A stretch of 64,000 bases of DNA from Octopus bimaculoides (Eukaryota), in contig NC_068981.1 of NCBI RefSeq assembly GCF_001194135.2, positions 139,437,705 to 139,501,704 on the forward strand, read 5' to 3'. The stretch's first letter is position 1; each line of letters begins with the position of its first letter. Below are positions 1 through 10,376 of this stretch, piece by piece. Under the pieces are notes generated by a model, which made no database searches, was not told where the DNA came from, and saw only the letters and a list, made by a program, of their open reading frames with translations. The translations under genes were made by a program, and so were the position numbers.

Positions 1-70
<70 letters not shown>

Positions 71-742
71 CTCGCGAAGAAAGGTAGCAATGCATTCAAG
101 CATGTGTACGCATACACAAGCAATCAACATACATGAAATCACATACTTTGCAAGCGTGTGTGTCTATATATACATATACATACATGCATGCATACATATG
201 TACGTATGTATGTATGTATGTATGTATGTATGTATGTGTGGGTGGTGTGCGTGCGCATACATAGACAGCAACATATTCAGACTGCGAGACATAAAAACAG
301 ACACGCAAGTGTATGTATCACTTACATATGCATATAGAATACAATTATTCACACATGCGTATATGTGTATTTTTACAGGAACGGTATGTGCGTGTGTGAG
401 AAAGTTTGAATAAATGTTTTTATATGTGTATGTATGTATATATGTATGTGATCTGTGTGTTGTTTCGTATGTGAATAACATTTAAGAAACATGCAGATAT
501 GAAACCACGAGCACACATGTGTTTTCAAAATGTTAGACCTTTAAACACACAGGCGTTCATACATACATACATACATACATGCATGCATGCATACATACAT
601 ACATACATACATACACATACATACAAACATACATGCATACATACATACATACATACATACATTTACATATGCATTATTACACATACATTTTTATACATAT
701 TTGTATAGATACACCTACGCATATATATACATACATGTACAC

Positions 743-835
<93 letters not shown>

Positions 836-910
836 CACACACATATATATACACATACATACATATATGTGTGTGTGTATGTGTGTATGTACGTGTGTAT
901 ATGCATAGTA
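1..910. repeat. Compound microsatellite block: (TA)n, (CATA)n/(TATG)n, (CA)n
   Basis: Direct reading: (TA)n 1-59, (TATG)n about 200-237, (CATA)n about 558-660, (TA)n about 743-830. Confidence 0.97.
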
Positions 911-1534
911 AGTTATCATATGTTCGCAAACATAGGCACACAAATTAGCATTTTTCAAACACAGACAGAAAAATTACAATATAACACAAAGGACACAACC
1001 ACACAAACATCCCCCATCCATACACATGTTCACATCTTCTATCCATGCATATATGCAATCTTCATCCACACATACAGAATTGTTCGAATGGTGAGGAAAA
1101 AATGTTTGAAAATATAGAGGAAAAGCCAACAAATTTCAGAAGTCATTAAAAATATGCGTGCCAAACGATATCAGTCAATATCTTATAACAAATATTATGT
1201 TGTTTGAATGCTGTGAATTATTGTATTCCAAATAGAGTATAATATTTTGCAGAAAAGAGATGTTACTATGGAGCCCCCAACCCCGCAACCAGGAAAAAAA
1301 ATTGCTTTAAAATAAAAAATGTAAATAAAATGAGAAAAATACGAACATGAAAATGTTTAAAGAAAATGTAATTTTTCAGTCATTTTTGTCTGTATGTCAA
1401 TATGTTTACGGATATTCATGGCGAGTATCGCAGTGCTAACTGTAAGCTTCCGGCAAACTAAGATTGAGTCAAGGTTTCAAATCACCGATTAAACACCTCA
1501 GTCCACTGTCTTCCTAAAGAAATGCAAATGAAAT

Positions 1535-2246
1535 ATTATTTACATTATTTACGTTTGATGGATATTTGTCCTCATCTTGGGGAAATTTCGAACCTGGGTT
1601 CTCATTCCTGAGGTATTTTTCGATGTTACTATAATTATAATTATTATTATTATTCAGGTCAATCTTGGAGTTAGTAGTCTGCACTCTTAACCACTACGCC
1701 ATATACCCGTGGGCAATTATGGAGTGGATTTTAGGGTTTATAAATCTAATATTTTCCTATCCTTCCTAAATACCGGTTCCCATATGCTCTTCATATCTGC
1801 ACACGGTCTGCTTAGGAGGTTGTGTCCTAGCATATGTGCTTCTTTTAGTTTCCGTATTTTCCAGTGGTGTTGTCTGTCTATTATTTCAACTTCATCCCAC
1901 AGGGGGAGGTGGTCTCCATTTTTCCATACATGATCAGCTATACCTGATTTATCCATATCTACTCGTGTCACAGCTTTGCGATGTTCCTCTACCCTTATTT
2001 TGAGGGGACGACATGTTTCGCCTTTGTATAACCTACCACAGCTGCATGGGATGGAGTACACGCAGTTTTTGGTGATATTCTCTTCCATTGGTGGTTTTAC
2101 TCGAAGGAGATATTTGCGAAGTGTTGTATTACTCTTGTATACTGTCCTGATGTCATGTGGGCCGCATATCATTTGTATCTTTTCGGAGGGGCCTTTCACA
2201 TAGGGTAGACAGACCGTGGACAGTTTATTGGTTTCATCCTCTCTCC
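1535..2246 (-). mobile_element. Penelope-like retroelement (PLE), 5'-truncated 3' portion, left arm of an inverted pair
   Basis: Minus-strand ORF with C-terminal GIY-YIG signature, then a 3' terminal repeat. 1535-1890 is the reverse complement of 2353-2785 apart from substitutions and deletions. Confidence 0.9.
1738..2246 (-). pseudogene. GIY-YIG endonuclease C-terminus of a Penelope/Poseidon-type PLE (no RT domain present)
   Basis: VCLPYVKGPSEKI...CVYSIPCSCGRLYKGET...RVEEH...SGIADHV...WDEVEIID...KEA matches the PLE C-terminal GIY-YIG layout (LPY linker, VY-x-IPC-x-C, YIGET-like, RxxEH). Stop at 1738-1740. The N-terminal residues of the listed ORF come from a rearrangement junction. Confidence 0.88.
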
Positions 2247-2550
2247 CAGGGGGAGGTGGTCTCCATTTTTCCATACATGTTCAGCTATACCCGATTTATC
2301 AATATCTCCTCGCTTCACAACCTTGCAATGTCCCTCTACCCTTATTTTGAGGAGGGATGAAGTTAAAATAATAAATAGAGAACACCACAGGAAAATACGA
2401 AAACTAAAAGAAGCAGCACATATGCTAGGACACAAAACTTCCTAAGCAGACCGAGTGCAGATATGAATAGCATATGGGAAGCGGTATTAAGGAAGGATAG
2501 GAACATATTAGATTTATAAGCACTAAAATTCACTCCCATAATTGCCCACG

Positions 2551-2622
2551 GGTATATGGCGTTGTGGTTAAGAGCGCGGGCTACTAACCCCAAGATTCCG
2601 AGTTCGACTCCAGGCAGTGACC
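2551..2622 (+). promoter_or_regulatory. tRNA-derived internal Pol III promoter (A box + B box) inside the PLE terminal repeat
   Basis: A box TGGCGTTGTGG 2557-2567, B box GTTCGACTC 2602-2610, tRNA-like spacing, loop CTACTAA. The left-arm copy has a consensus A box TGGCGTAGTGG (minus, 1691-1701). Confidence 0.75.
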
Positions 2623-2685
2623 TGAATAATAATAATAATATTAATAATAACATTAACAACAACAACAGGTTCGAAATTTCCCCAA

Positions 2686-2731
2686 GACACCTGATGAAGG
2701 CTGGAAGGTATATCAGCCGAAATATTGCATT
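2686..2731 (+). ncRNA. Minimal hammerhead ribozyme motif (PLE type), degenerate stem I
   Basis: CTGATGA 2691-2697, extra A, stem II GGCTG 2699-2703 / CAGCC 2714-2718, GAAA 2719-2722, palindromic ATAT as minimal stem III. Stem I GACAC/GCATT is only partly paired. PLE terminal repeats are known to carry such minimal hammerheads. Confidence 0.7.
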
Positions 2732-3011
2732 AACAACAAACAAGATGAGGACAAATATCCGTCACATGTAAATAATGTACATAATTCCTCATCTCTTAAA
2801 TTATAGAACTGCATTTTGTCAATGTTCTTTAGTTTTAATCAAAGCAGAAACCAGCACGAGCCAGTTTTGATTTCTATCTAATCTAAATAAATTTTCACTT
2901 AGGTCTCTTTCCCACATATGTTAAAAAAATATTTTGACTCTCATATTATTATTGTCTATTTCCGAAGAAAATCTCAGGAAATTCTGGATGTTTTGTTTAG
3001 GGTTAAATGCA

Positions 3012-3215
3012 TAAGAAGTTGCTGAAAAGTTCCTGGCTTTAAGGGTATCGCAAAAGTCTTGGTTGGGGTTCTTTTACAAGGCTCAGAGAAACTGATGTAC
3101 CGCTACAGTAAGTGTGTGGATCTAAGAGGGGAATATATTGAATGTAATCATAATTAAGTGATCCTCCTGCATTTTCTTTCGCCCAAAGACTGGAACTTTT
3201 CAGTGACCACTCGTA
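3012..3215 (+). mobile_element. Mariner-derived MITE (internally deleted)
   Basis: Imperfect TIRs GCTGAAAAGTTCC / GGAACTTTTCAG...CTCG-TA. The interior encodes a mariner C-terminus (FYKGSEKLMYRYSKCVDLRGEYIE). Paralogue at 58958-59216. Confidence 0.8.
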
Positions 3216-3289
3216 AGTGTGGCAAATTTTGAAGTGGTTTGATAGCTCGGTAGCGACCCACCAAACGTAAGACGAAGATGAAAGGAAAA

Positions 3290-3430
3290 CAAAACAAAAC
3301 TATGCAATTCCACACAGACCAGAATCTCAACCTTTTCATTCCATTACACACAAGAAACAAAATAGGGAAATCCGAAATTTCAAAAGCCCTAAGTCATTAC
3401 AAAATCATGAACACGCACATAAAACCGCTG
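3290..3430 (+). mobile_element. Short LINE fragment paralogous to 6657-6790
   Basis: Shares AAACAAAACTATGCAATTCCAC exactly (3292-3313 vs 6657-6678) and GGAAATCC...AAA further on. Confidence 0.55.
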
Positions 3431-3810
3431 ATGTTTGTACGTAGTTACTTATTACCAAAAAAAAAACAAAAAAAAAAATGCATGAACTCCGTAATCTCTA
3501 GGTATCATTTCGTCAGTGTATTTATTAATATTATACGATATAGCATTATAGGTGTATTTTAGCTCTCCGTGTTTAGCAATGGGTTAGGCACACAAGAGTT
3601 AAGGAAAAAACCTAGTCCTGGTGCTAGTCAGGAGCTAGCATGAAGAGTGGCGAGCACTACGATGTAATTTCCTTTTAACTCTTTGAGTGCGAAACTGATT
3701 AGTAAAATCGGCTGAAATGGACCTATAATATTGTATTATACATTATAGTAGAGCCTGCTTTTTCTAACTTATGTATTCTGAGACGAGAATACATACATAC
3801 AAACAGACAT

Positions 3811-3863
<53 letters not shown>

Positions 3864-4136
3864 CATACATGCACACACACACACAACACACACAAGCAGA
3901 CACATATTTCTGTGTTATATATATATATATATATATATATGCAGTAAAAGGAGAATTCTTGCTGTATGATGACATATGGTAGTCGATACCCGCAGAGGAG
4001 CTTTGTAAAGTATGCTAAAGCGTTATTACCTTCATGACATTAAATTATATATATATAGATAGACAGATAGATAGATATCATCCATGCATATACACATACT
4101 ACGTGCAAGTTTAAAAGCTGATAGTTGAGCCTATAA

Positions 4137-4300
4137 ATAATCGCTCGACCAGCTAGTGCTTAGTAGCAAAAATCCCTCTCAACCCACATCTCATATTGAA
4201 AGAAAAAGGGGGGAGATTAAATAATGTAATCCTAGATATCAACCCCTAAAAGACGAGGTATTCATACGTGGATTTAGTCTAGGTGCCTAGAATTAACTTA
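4137..4300. repeat. Dispersed repeat family D (CTCGACC.GCTAG...AGC.AAA.CCCTCA.A), degenerate
   Basis: Similar segments at about 26545, 33780, 47690, 48190, 51680, 54229, 61350 and 61535. Confidence 0.45.
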
Positions 4301-4652
4301 TTAGTTAACAAAGTATATACCACTGTTTGATTTAACGGAAGGACGCGGTAAACGGTAAGTTTAAGCGCATTTCTGAGACTCGCTGGTACTTATTTTTTAT
4401 CGGTCAAGGGAGCTCAAAACTTTGAAACATCTAACTGCAGTGAGTGTTTGTGGAAAGTCTAGTGAGCGACTCATAAATTTGAGTACAGTTAGGTATGACT
4501 CACTCGAAGCTGTTTCCTTATACACCACATGGACTAATCATCGGCAGCAGCTGAGAGCAGGAGTGTTGCAAACGCAGCATTGTTGCGCAATACACATTAC
4601 ATCACCCTGTACACATACATACATGCATTCATGCATACATACATACATACAT

Positions 4653-4837
4653 GATGGCTGCCCCCTCGTTATCGAGCATGGCCATTGCACGAAGCTTAAC
4701 TTAACGGTGCTGTGATCGAATATGACTTTTTAGCCCAGCCAAAGATCTACAATGTCTTGCACAGAGTTGGCATCCAAAACCTTTACTGGCAATAGCTGGC
4801 TGTTGTTGTAATTGGGCTCCATGTACCTTTGCGTGTC

Positions 4838-4840
<3 letters not shown>
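4653..4840 (-). mobile_element. RTE-clade LINE 3' end
   Basis: Minus strand encodes GFGCQLCARHCRSLAGLKSHIRSQHR-stop (C2H2-like finger, stop 4701-4703), then 3' UTR GCAATGGCCATGCTCGATAACGAGGGGGCAGCCATC and an (ATGT)n tail. Confidence 0.8.
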
Positions 4841-4870
<30 letters not shown>

Positions 4871-5044
4871 CACACATAACAATCTTGAGAAATTAGCCTT
4901 CTCAAAACCAGAAAGAAGAAAGCTGATTTGAAGACTACAGATCCAAGCCGTCACTGGAACTGTAAAAATCTGTAAGTTTTCCAGAAGTTTATCATTTAAG
5001 TAAAAGTATATATGTGCATATGGAGATATGCAACTAGATGCATG

Positions 5045-5206
5045 ACAACACATACATAAAACAAAACTTACAAATCTGCACATATACATACACACAAAAG
5101 CACCCGATTGATGTTGTTGAAATTCCAAAGAAGGAGCCTTGGATTTAGGTTAGAAACCGGTTCTTTCTCTATTGGCAATAAATCTTGATATAAAACTGAA
5201 TAATGG
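5045..5206 (-). repeat. Unclassified dispersed repeat F carrying an internal (TATG)n
   Basis: Reverse complement of 23350-23562 (CAATAGAGAAAGAA.CGGTTTCTAA.CTA.ATCCAAGG.TCCTTC...). Confidence 0.8.
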
Positions 5207-6539
5207 CATACATACATAGACACACACACACACACACACATACATACATACATACATACATACATACATACATACATACATACATACATACATACATGCA
5301 CTCATATATTTACAAGCCTCATCTAAGACTAAAGAACAATAGCAACAGCAATAAGACACTGATAAATATATTTCATGTGGCTATTCAGAAATGACAGCCT
5401 TGGGATTTATATTCTTTCTATAAATCCCACGGCTGTCATATCTGGATAGCTACACGGAAAATATTTTTCAGTATTTGTATTGTTGTTGTTGCTGTTGGGG
5501 CAATATAGATATTTTCTTACTTAGTGATAAAGTGCTTTTCACAAACACAGACCCACAACATCCACCCCACCACACACACACACACGCACACACATGCGTG
5601 CACACACATACACGCATTCATACACATACATAGACTGATAGATTATTTATGCATTTCATATTTGAAATGATCAATGCGTCATATCAAATGGTAATGTCCA
5701 CTAACCACAAATTAATTCTACTGACGCGTGAAGGGTATGAAGTATCAGTTTATACAGTTAATGAATTGAAACACATATTTAATCTTGCTCTAAAATAATA
5801 TTGGCGCTAATGTACCTAGAATGATTATGTCAGTCTGATAAAGTGTCACGATTTCAGCCAAGCTGGGTCTTATTAATATAACGTACAGTCAGGACAACAT
5901 ATTTACTTCGATCATATAATACAATTATTGGTAACTATTTTCACATCGATCATGAATAACACAAATCACTGCACAAGATAGTGTGGTACGGAAAACGCCT
6001 CTATCTTGATACATCGCATCAACAGAAGTAAGCACACCGATGGGTACAAGTCAAACCAATTATTAGGGTACAACGATAACAATGCTTTTGCCATTCACAA
6101 GAAAGTACCTCACACGACAAACCGGCCAATAAACTGGGTGGAGTCACTGACCAAATAAGTCAACCACTAGGTTGCTGGTGCCTTATCTTTTTACTTTTTA
6201 TCTTTATATAAACTACTTTGTACTCTGTTGGTTAGAATTAGCTGAATGCTTACCCCCTCCACTCAAGTCTACCCCGCATACTCGTCTATCTATTCCGTCA
6301 TGCATACTATGTTTCCCTCCCGCAAAAGTTATTTTCCAAGATCGATCCTCCTCCGAAGGTTAACCTCGTTGAATTTCGCTCCATACTTTTTTTTCTGCAT
6401 CAACTATCTTTCACATGTCCAAGATCAAATATTTACAACATCAATCTCACCAGTTTCGGAAGGCTTGAGAAAGATATGGGCACAATCCTTTAGAAGAAAA
6501 TTAATTAAACAAAACAATAGAAATTAATTAGTATCATTA

Positions 6540-7300
6540 ACAACAAAGTCCTCATCCCAATTTATCAAAATAACAACACATCGGAACGCAAACGTCTTCA
6601 TCAAACATTTTCCGAAAGTCAATCACCAAAAACAACATAAAGAGAACACAAACTCCAAACAAAACTATGCAATTCCACTTAGACCTCTTCAATCTATCAC
6701 ATGTAAAAAAAAAACAATAAGGAAATCCAAAAGTTCAAAATTCACAGAGAATGACAAAATTACATACACATCTAAAAGTAGCTGATACTCAAATGAAACT
6801 CTGCTCTCAATGATATCTTACACTTGTTGAAAATTGCAAAGTTACCCGAGCAGCATCAGAATATTTGTAAAACTCAACAAAACCCAAATAGCACCACACA
6901 TCTATGGACCTTCTATACATACCGTCAAAAAATGTAGACATATTCTGTCACTGATATCACTAACACCACCCAAAATCACTATACAGATTCCAACATCATA
7001 CTGATAAGAAACCCGGGATATGACAGCTCCAAGAGCAACGCCACGCAACATCACATGGATATTCTGATGATCTATAACTTCAGTAAAGTTTTCGATTCAA
7101 TTTGTCGCTCATCACATATTCGCAAATTGCTCAATGGATTCTTAAGAATCAACGTTATACTCTGGCTATCAAATAACTTGATATGTTGCCAAAATTAAGT
7201 AGTGCACGAAAAATAGCATCAAAAATTTCAATATTCCGAATTTACCACAAGGTTCAAAATAGTCCCTAGCAAACTCACAGACCCTACAACTAATGAACAT
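6540..7300 (+). mobile_element. Degenerate CR1/L2-like LINE reverse transcriptase fragment
   Basis: Colinear RT motifs: LISLTPPKI (PISLTS-like, about 6951), DILMIYNFSKVFDSI (YLDFSKAFD-like, 7058-7102), LWLSNNL, NLPQGS (PQGS, 7242-7256). Confidence 0.7.
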
Positions 7301-7424
7301 AACAGAACAGCAACTGTGCTACACAATCACTATATGTTATCTACACGGATTATGGCAGCCGAATCTGGGTCCCCAATCTCTATGAAAAAATAAAACCTGA
7401 CATCTATAATAGCAGTACTATAAT

Positions 7425-7830
7425 CTGTTCCCCAACAGAAGATAGTCAGATGGAGCCAAAACAAGAGAATAAATAGAGTGATCAACCAGTTCAAAGCCAC
7501 ATTCACGCACAGCAGCAATTCAAAGCACGGACTTGTATGCTGGAGCATTGTCCTGATGAAACGGGGATCCTTTTGTCAGTTTTCCTGGGCGTTTGTCAGT
7601 TTTCCTGCCTCAGGAAATTGGCATAATATTCTCCATTGATGGTGTGGCCCTTTTCAAGATAGTCAAGAATCAAAAATGCCTTTTGCACCCACCAAAAAAA
7701 ACTTAGGTCATCACCTTCCCTGCAGATGAAAGCGACCTTGGCCTTCTTTGGAGCAGGTGAAGAGTAGTGTTTCCACTGTGTGCATTGTCTCTTTTTCTCT
7801 GGCTCAGTGATCAACCAACACTCGTTCTGG
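7425..7830 (-). mobile_element. Mariner transposase fragment (catalytic domain, internally deleted)
   Basis: EPEKKRQCTQWKHYSSPAPKKAKV...DYLEKGHTINGEYYANFL, then FHQDNAPAYKS...ECGFELVDHSIYSLVLAPSDY (HPPYSPDLAPSDY-like). Confidence 0.88.
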
Positions 7831-7879
7831 CTTAGGAAACGTTAAAAGAAACTAGCTGGTAAGCATCGGTACCACTTAT

Positions 7880-8240
7880 TTGCGTGAAGAAAGAACAGAA
7901 ATTGCAGTCTGGACAGCTGAGATAGGTAGGAGATAGAGAACGAGGGACGGATGAGAGGGAGAGGATGTGTGGTCTATCTGCGAACAAGAGATGAGATGAG
8001 TGGGATTTACTATGCAACGAAAACCAAGGATATTAAGAAAAGAGGAGAGAAAATTATATGCCGGGTTTAATTCTGGAATTCGGAAGTTCGAATAAGCGAA
8101 CAATGGTGCTGGACAAATTTAGGATAATCCGCAACCTTAGGAGTGATCCAATATTTGCAGCAGACAAAATAAGGGCGGATGGTGGCATCAAACAGGATGG
8201 CATCATGGGACCTTCTACCAAAAATGGGAAACATCTACTA
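7880..8240 (+). mobile_element. Possible degenerate LINE 3' end running into (CATA)n
   Basis: Purine-rich stretch with weak RTE C-terminal resemblance ending at a (CATA)n array. No clean motif. Confidence 0.25.
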
Positions 8241-8260
8241 TGTGTGTATACATACATACA

Positions 8261-8295
<35 letters not shown>

Positions 8296-8320
8296 GTGTG
8301 TGAGTGTGTGGGTATATATA

Positions 8321-8484
8321 GGCGCAGGCGTGGCTGTGTGGTAAGAACCTTCCTTCCCAACCACATGGTTCCGGGTTCAGTCTCACTGCATGGCACCTTG
8401 GGCAAGTGTCTTCTACTATAGCCTCGGGCCAACCAAAGCCTTATGAGTGGATTTGGCAGACAGAAAATGAAAGAAGCCTGTCGT
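8321..8484 (+). mobile_element. tRNA-derived SINE family A, 5' half
   Basis: GGCGCAGGCGTGGCTGTGTGGTAAG...GGTTCAGTCTCACTGCATGGCACCTTGGGCAAGTGTCTTCTACTATAGCC...GAAAGAAGCC, then (TA)n and a gap. Confidence 0.88.
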
Positions 8485-8512
8485 GTATATATATATATAT
8501 ATATATATATAT

Positions 8513-9249
8513 NNNNNNNNNNNNNNNNNNNNNNNNNNNNNNNNNNNNNNNNNNNNNNNNNNNNNNNNNNNNNNNNNNNNNNNNNNNNNNNNNNNNNNNN
8601 NNNNNNNNNNNNNNNNNNNNNNNNNNNNNNNNNNNNNNNNNNNNNNNNNNNNNNNNNNNNNNNNNNNNNNNNNNNNNNNNNNNNNNNNNNNNNNNNNNNN
8701 NNNNNNNNNNNNNNNNNNNNNNNNNNNNNNNNNNNNNNNNNNNNNNNNNNNNNNNNNNNNNNNNNNNNNNNNNNNNNNNNNNNNNNNNNNNNNNNNNNNN
8801 NNNNNNNNNNNNNNNNNNNNNNNNNNNNNNNNNNNNNNNNNNNNNNNNNNNNNNNNNNNNNNNNNNNNNNNNNNNNNNNNNNNNNNNNNNNNNNNNNNNN
8901 NNNNNNNNNNNNNNNNNNNNNNNNNNNNNNNNNNNNNNNNNNNNNNNNNNNNNNNNNNNNNNNNNNNNNNNNNNNNNNNNNNNNNNNNNNNNNNNNNNNN
9001 NNNNNNNNNNNNNNNNNNNNNNNNNNNNNNNNNNNNNNNNNNNNNNNNNNNNNNNNNNNNNNNNNNNNNNNNNNNNNNNNNNNNNNNNNNNNNNNNNNNN
9101 NNNNNNNNNNNNNNNNNNNNNNNNNNNNNNNNNNNNNNNNNNNNNNNNNNNNNNNNNNNNNNNNNNNNNNNNNNNNNNNNNNNNNNNNNNNNNNNNNNNN
9201 NNNNNNNNNNNNNNNNNNNNNNNNNNNNNNNNNNNNNNNNNNNNNNNNN
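8513..9249. other. Assembly gap (example; other large gaps start near 13423, 16246, 21933, 27830 and 34920)
   Basis: N runs, typically bounded by (TA)n, (CA)n or (GA)n. Confidence 0.99.
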
Positions 9250-9335
<86 letters not shown>

Positions 9336-9778
9336 GTATACACACACACAAGGTCAATCCGTGCCAAGCTGCTTTACACAGTGTGCTTTAGCTTCGTTAC
9401 TATGGGAACAGTCCGAATACTTATTAATCAGACCTCGTAGACGTGCGTGTGTGTATGTGCGTGCGTGTGTATGAGCGTGTGTGCGTGTGTATACATATAT
9501 ATCCTTAAAGAAAGGACGAAGCAACAGGAGATCATGCAATGAGGTTCATTGCACAGTGACCTGTTACTTAGTAATTTATATAATTACTTGTTGCGCTCTA
9601 AGCTTGACTAATGCTTTATGCTGAAGCATATGTATATTGAATTCGAACACCCGGTTATTGGTATCACTGTGCCTCAGCGAAATAGTAAAATACGCACACA
9701 CACACACACTTACACACTCGCACACTTACACACACACACGCATGTGCACATGCTCACGTATGTATGTATGTATGTATG

Positions 9779-10045
9779 ATATGCAGGACGCTGACTGGGA
9801 GAACAATGCCTGTCATCGCCACAGATGGAGGAAGCAGGTTAAGGAGCGGATCGACACTTTTGAGAGAGCATGTATCCAGCATGAAGAACTTAATCGAGCT
9901 GCGCGAAAGCGCACGGCTCGTATAGTGAATGGGGAAAGCTTGGTCCAACGGAGCCACAAATGCAAAATATAAGTTAGTCCTAGAGCGCACAATGTTCCTG
10001 AAGGTCGGCAATGGTCTTCCTTGTCACGAGTGGACGGCCATCATC
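9779..10045 (+). mobile_element. RTE-clade (BovB-like) LINE 3' end
   Basis: DADWENNACHRHRWRKQVKERIDTFERACIQHEELNRAARKR resembles the RTE C-terminus. The 3' UTR GCAATGGTCTTCCTTGTCACGAGTGGACGGCCATC plus (ATGT)n has the same architecture as 4653-4700. Confidence 0.75.
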
Positions 10046-10069
10046 ATGTATGTATGTATGTATGTATGT

Positions 10070-10376
10070 TGTTATTTGTTCCTTCTCGGGCCATGCCTGG
10101 TTCATAAACGCGGGTTTTCCGGTTTCATTGGCGTATAGGCTTCCCCACCCAGACGGTACACCGGTCCATCGCAGGTGAACTGCTTGATGCAGGAGGAAAG
10201 AGTAAGGGAAAGCTGTAGCGAAAGAGTCAGCAGAAGTTCGCCATTATTATCTATCAGAGCCGCGTGGAGCTTAGGCGTTTCGCTCATAAACACACACGTT
10301 GCCCGGTCTGAGATTCGAACCCACGATTCCTCCACCGCGAGTCTTCTGATCTAACCACTAGGCCATATGCCTCCAC
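10070..10376 (-). mobile_element. tRNA-derived SINE, family C head with a different tail
   Basis: Minus strand GTGGAGGCATATGGCCTAGTGGTTAG (A box)...GGTTCGAATC (B box). The head is homologous to 43620-43777 but the 3' part differs. Confidence 0.82.

Larger units (their letters stand above)
2247..2811 (+). mobile_element. Second PLE 3' copy with an inverted 5' segment (2247-2352 minus, 2353-2811 plus)
   Basis: The reverse complement of 2247-2352 encodes LKIRVEGH...SGIAEHVWKNGDHLPL. The plus strand from 2353 continues with (W)DEVKII...KLKEAAHML, then the 3' UTR with tRNA-like module, (AAT)n and hammerhead core. Confidence 0.88.

Noticed and set aside
90-1117. ORFs of [12 protein letters not shown] type here and throughout the window
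   Set aside because: They are translations of (CATA)n, (TA)n and (CA)n arrays, which lack stop codons in some frames.
2551-2622. Possible tRNA-Ser(ACT) gene
   Set aside because: The anticodon and acceptor stems pair poorly, there is no long variable arm, and it sits in a retroelement repeat. Treated as a tRNA-derived promoter.
8238-9474. Long ORFs of 260-370 aa spanning N runs (also near 13291, 21833, 27613 and 34823)
   Set aside because: Their length comes from unknown bases in assembly gaps.
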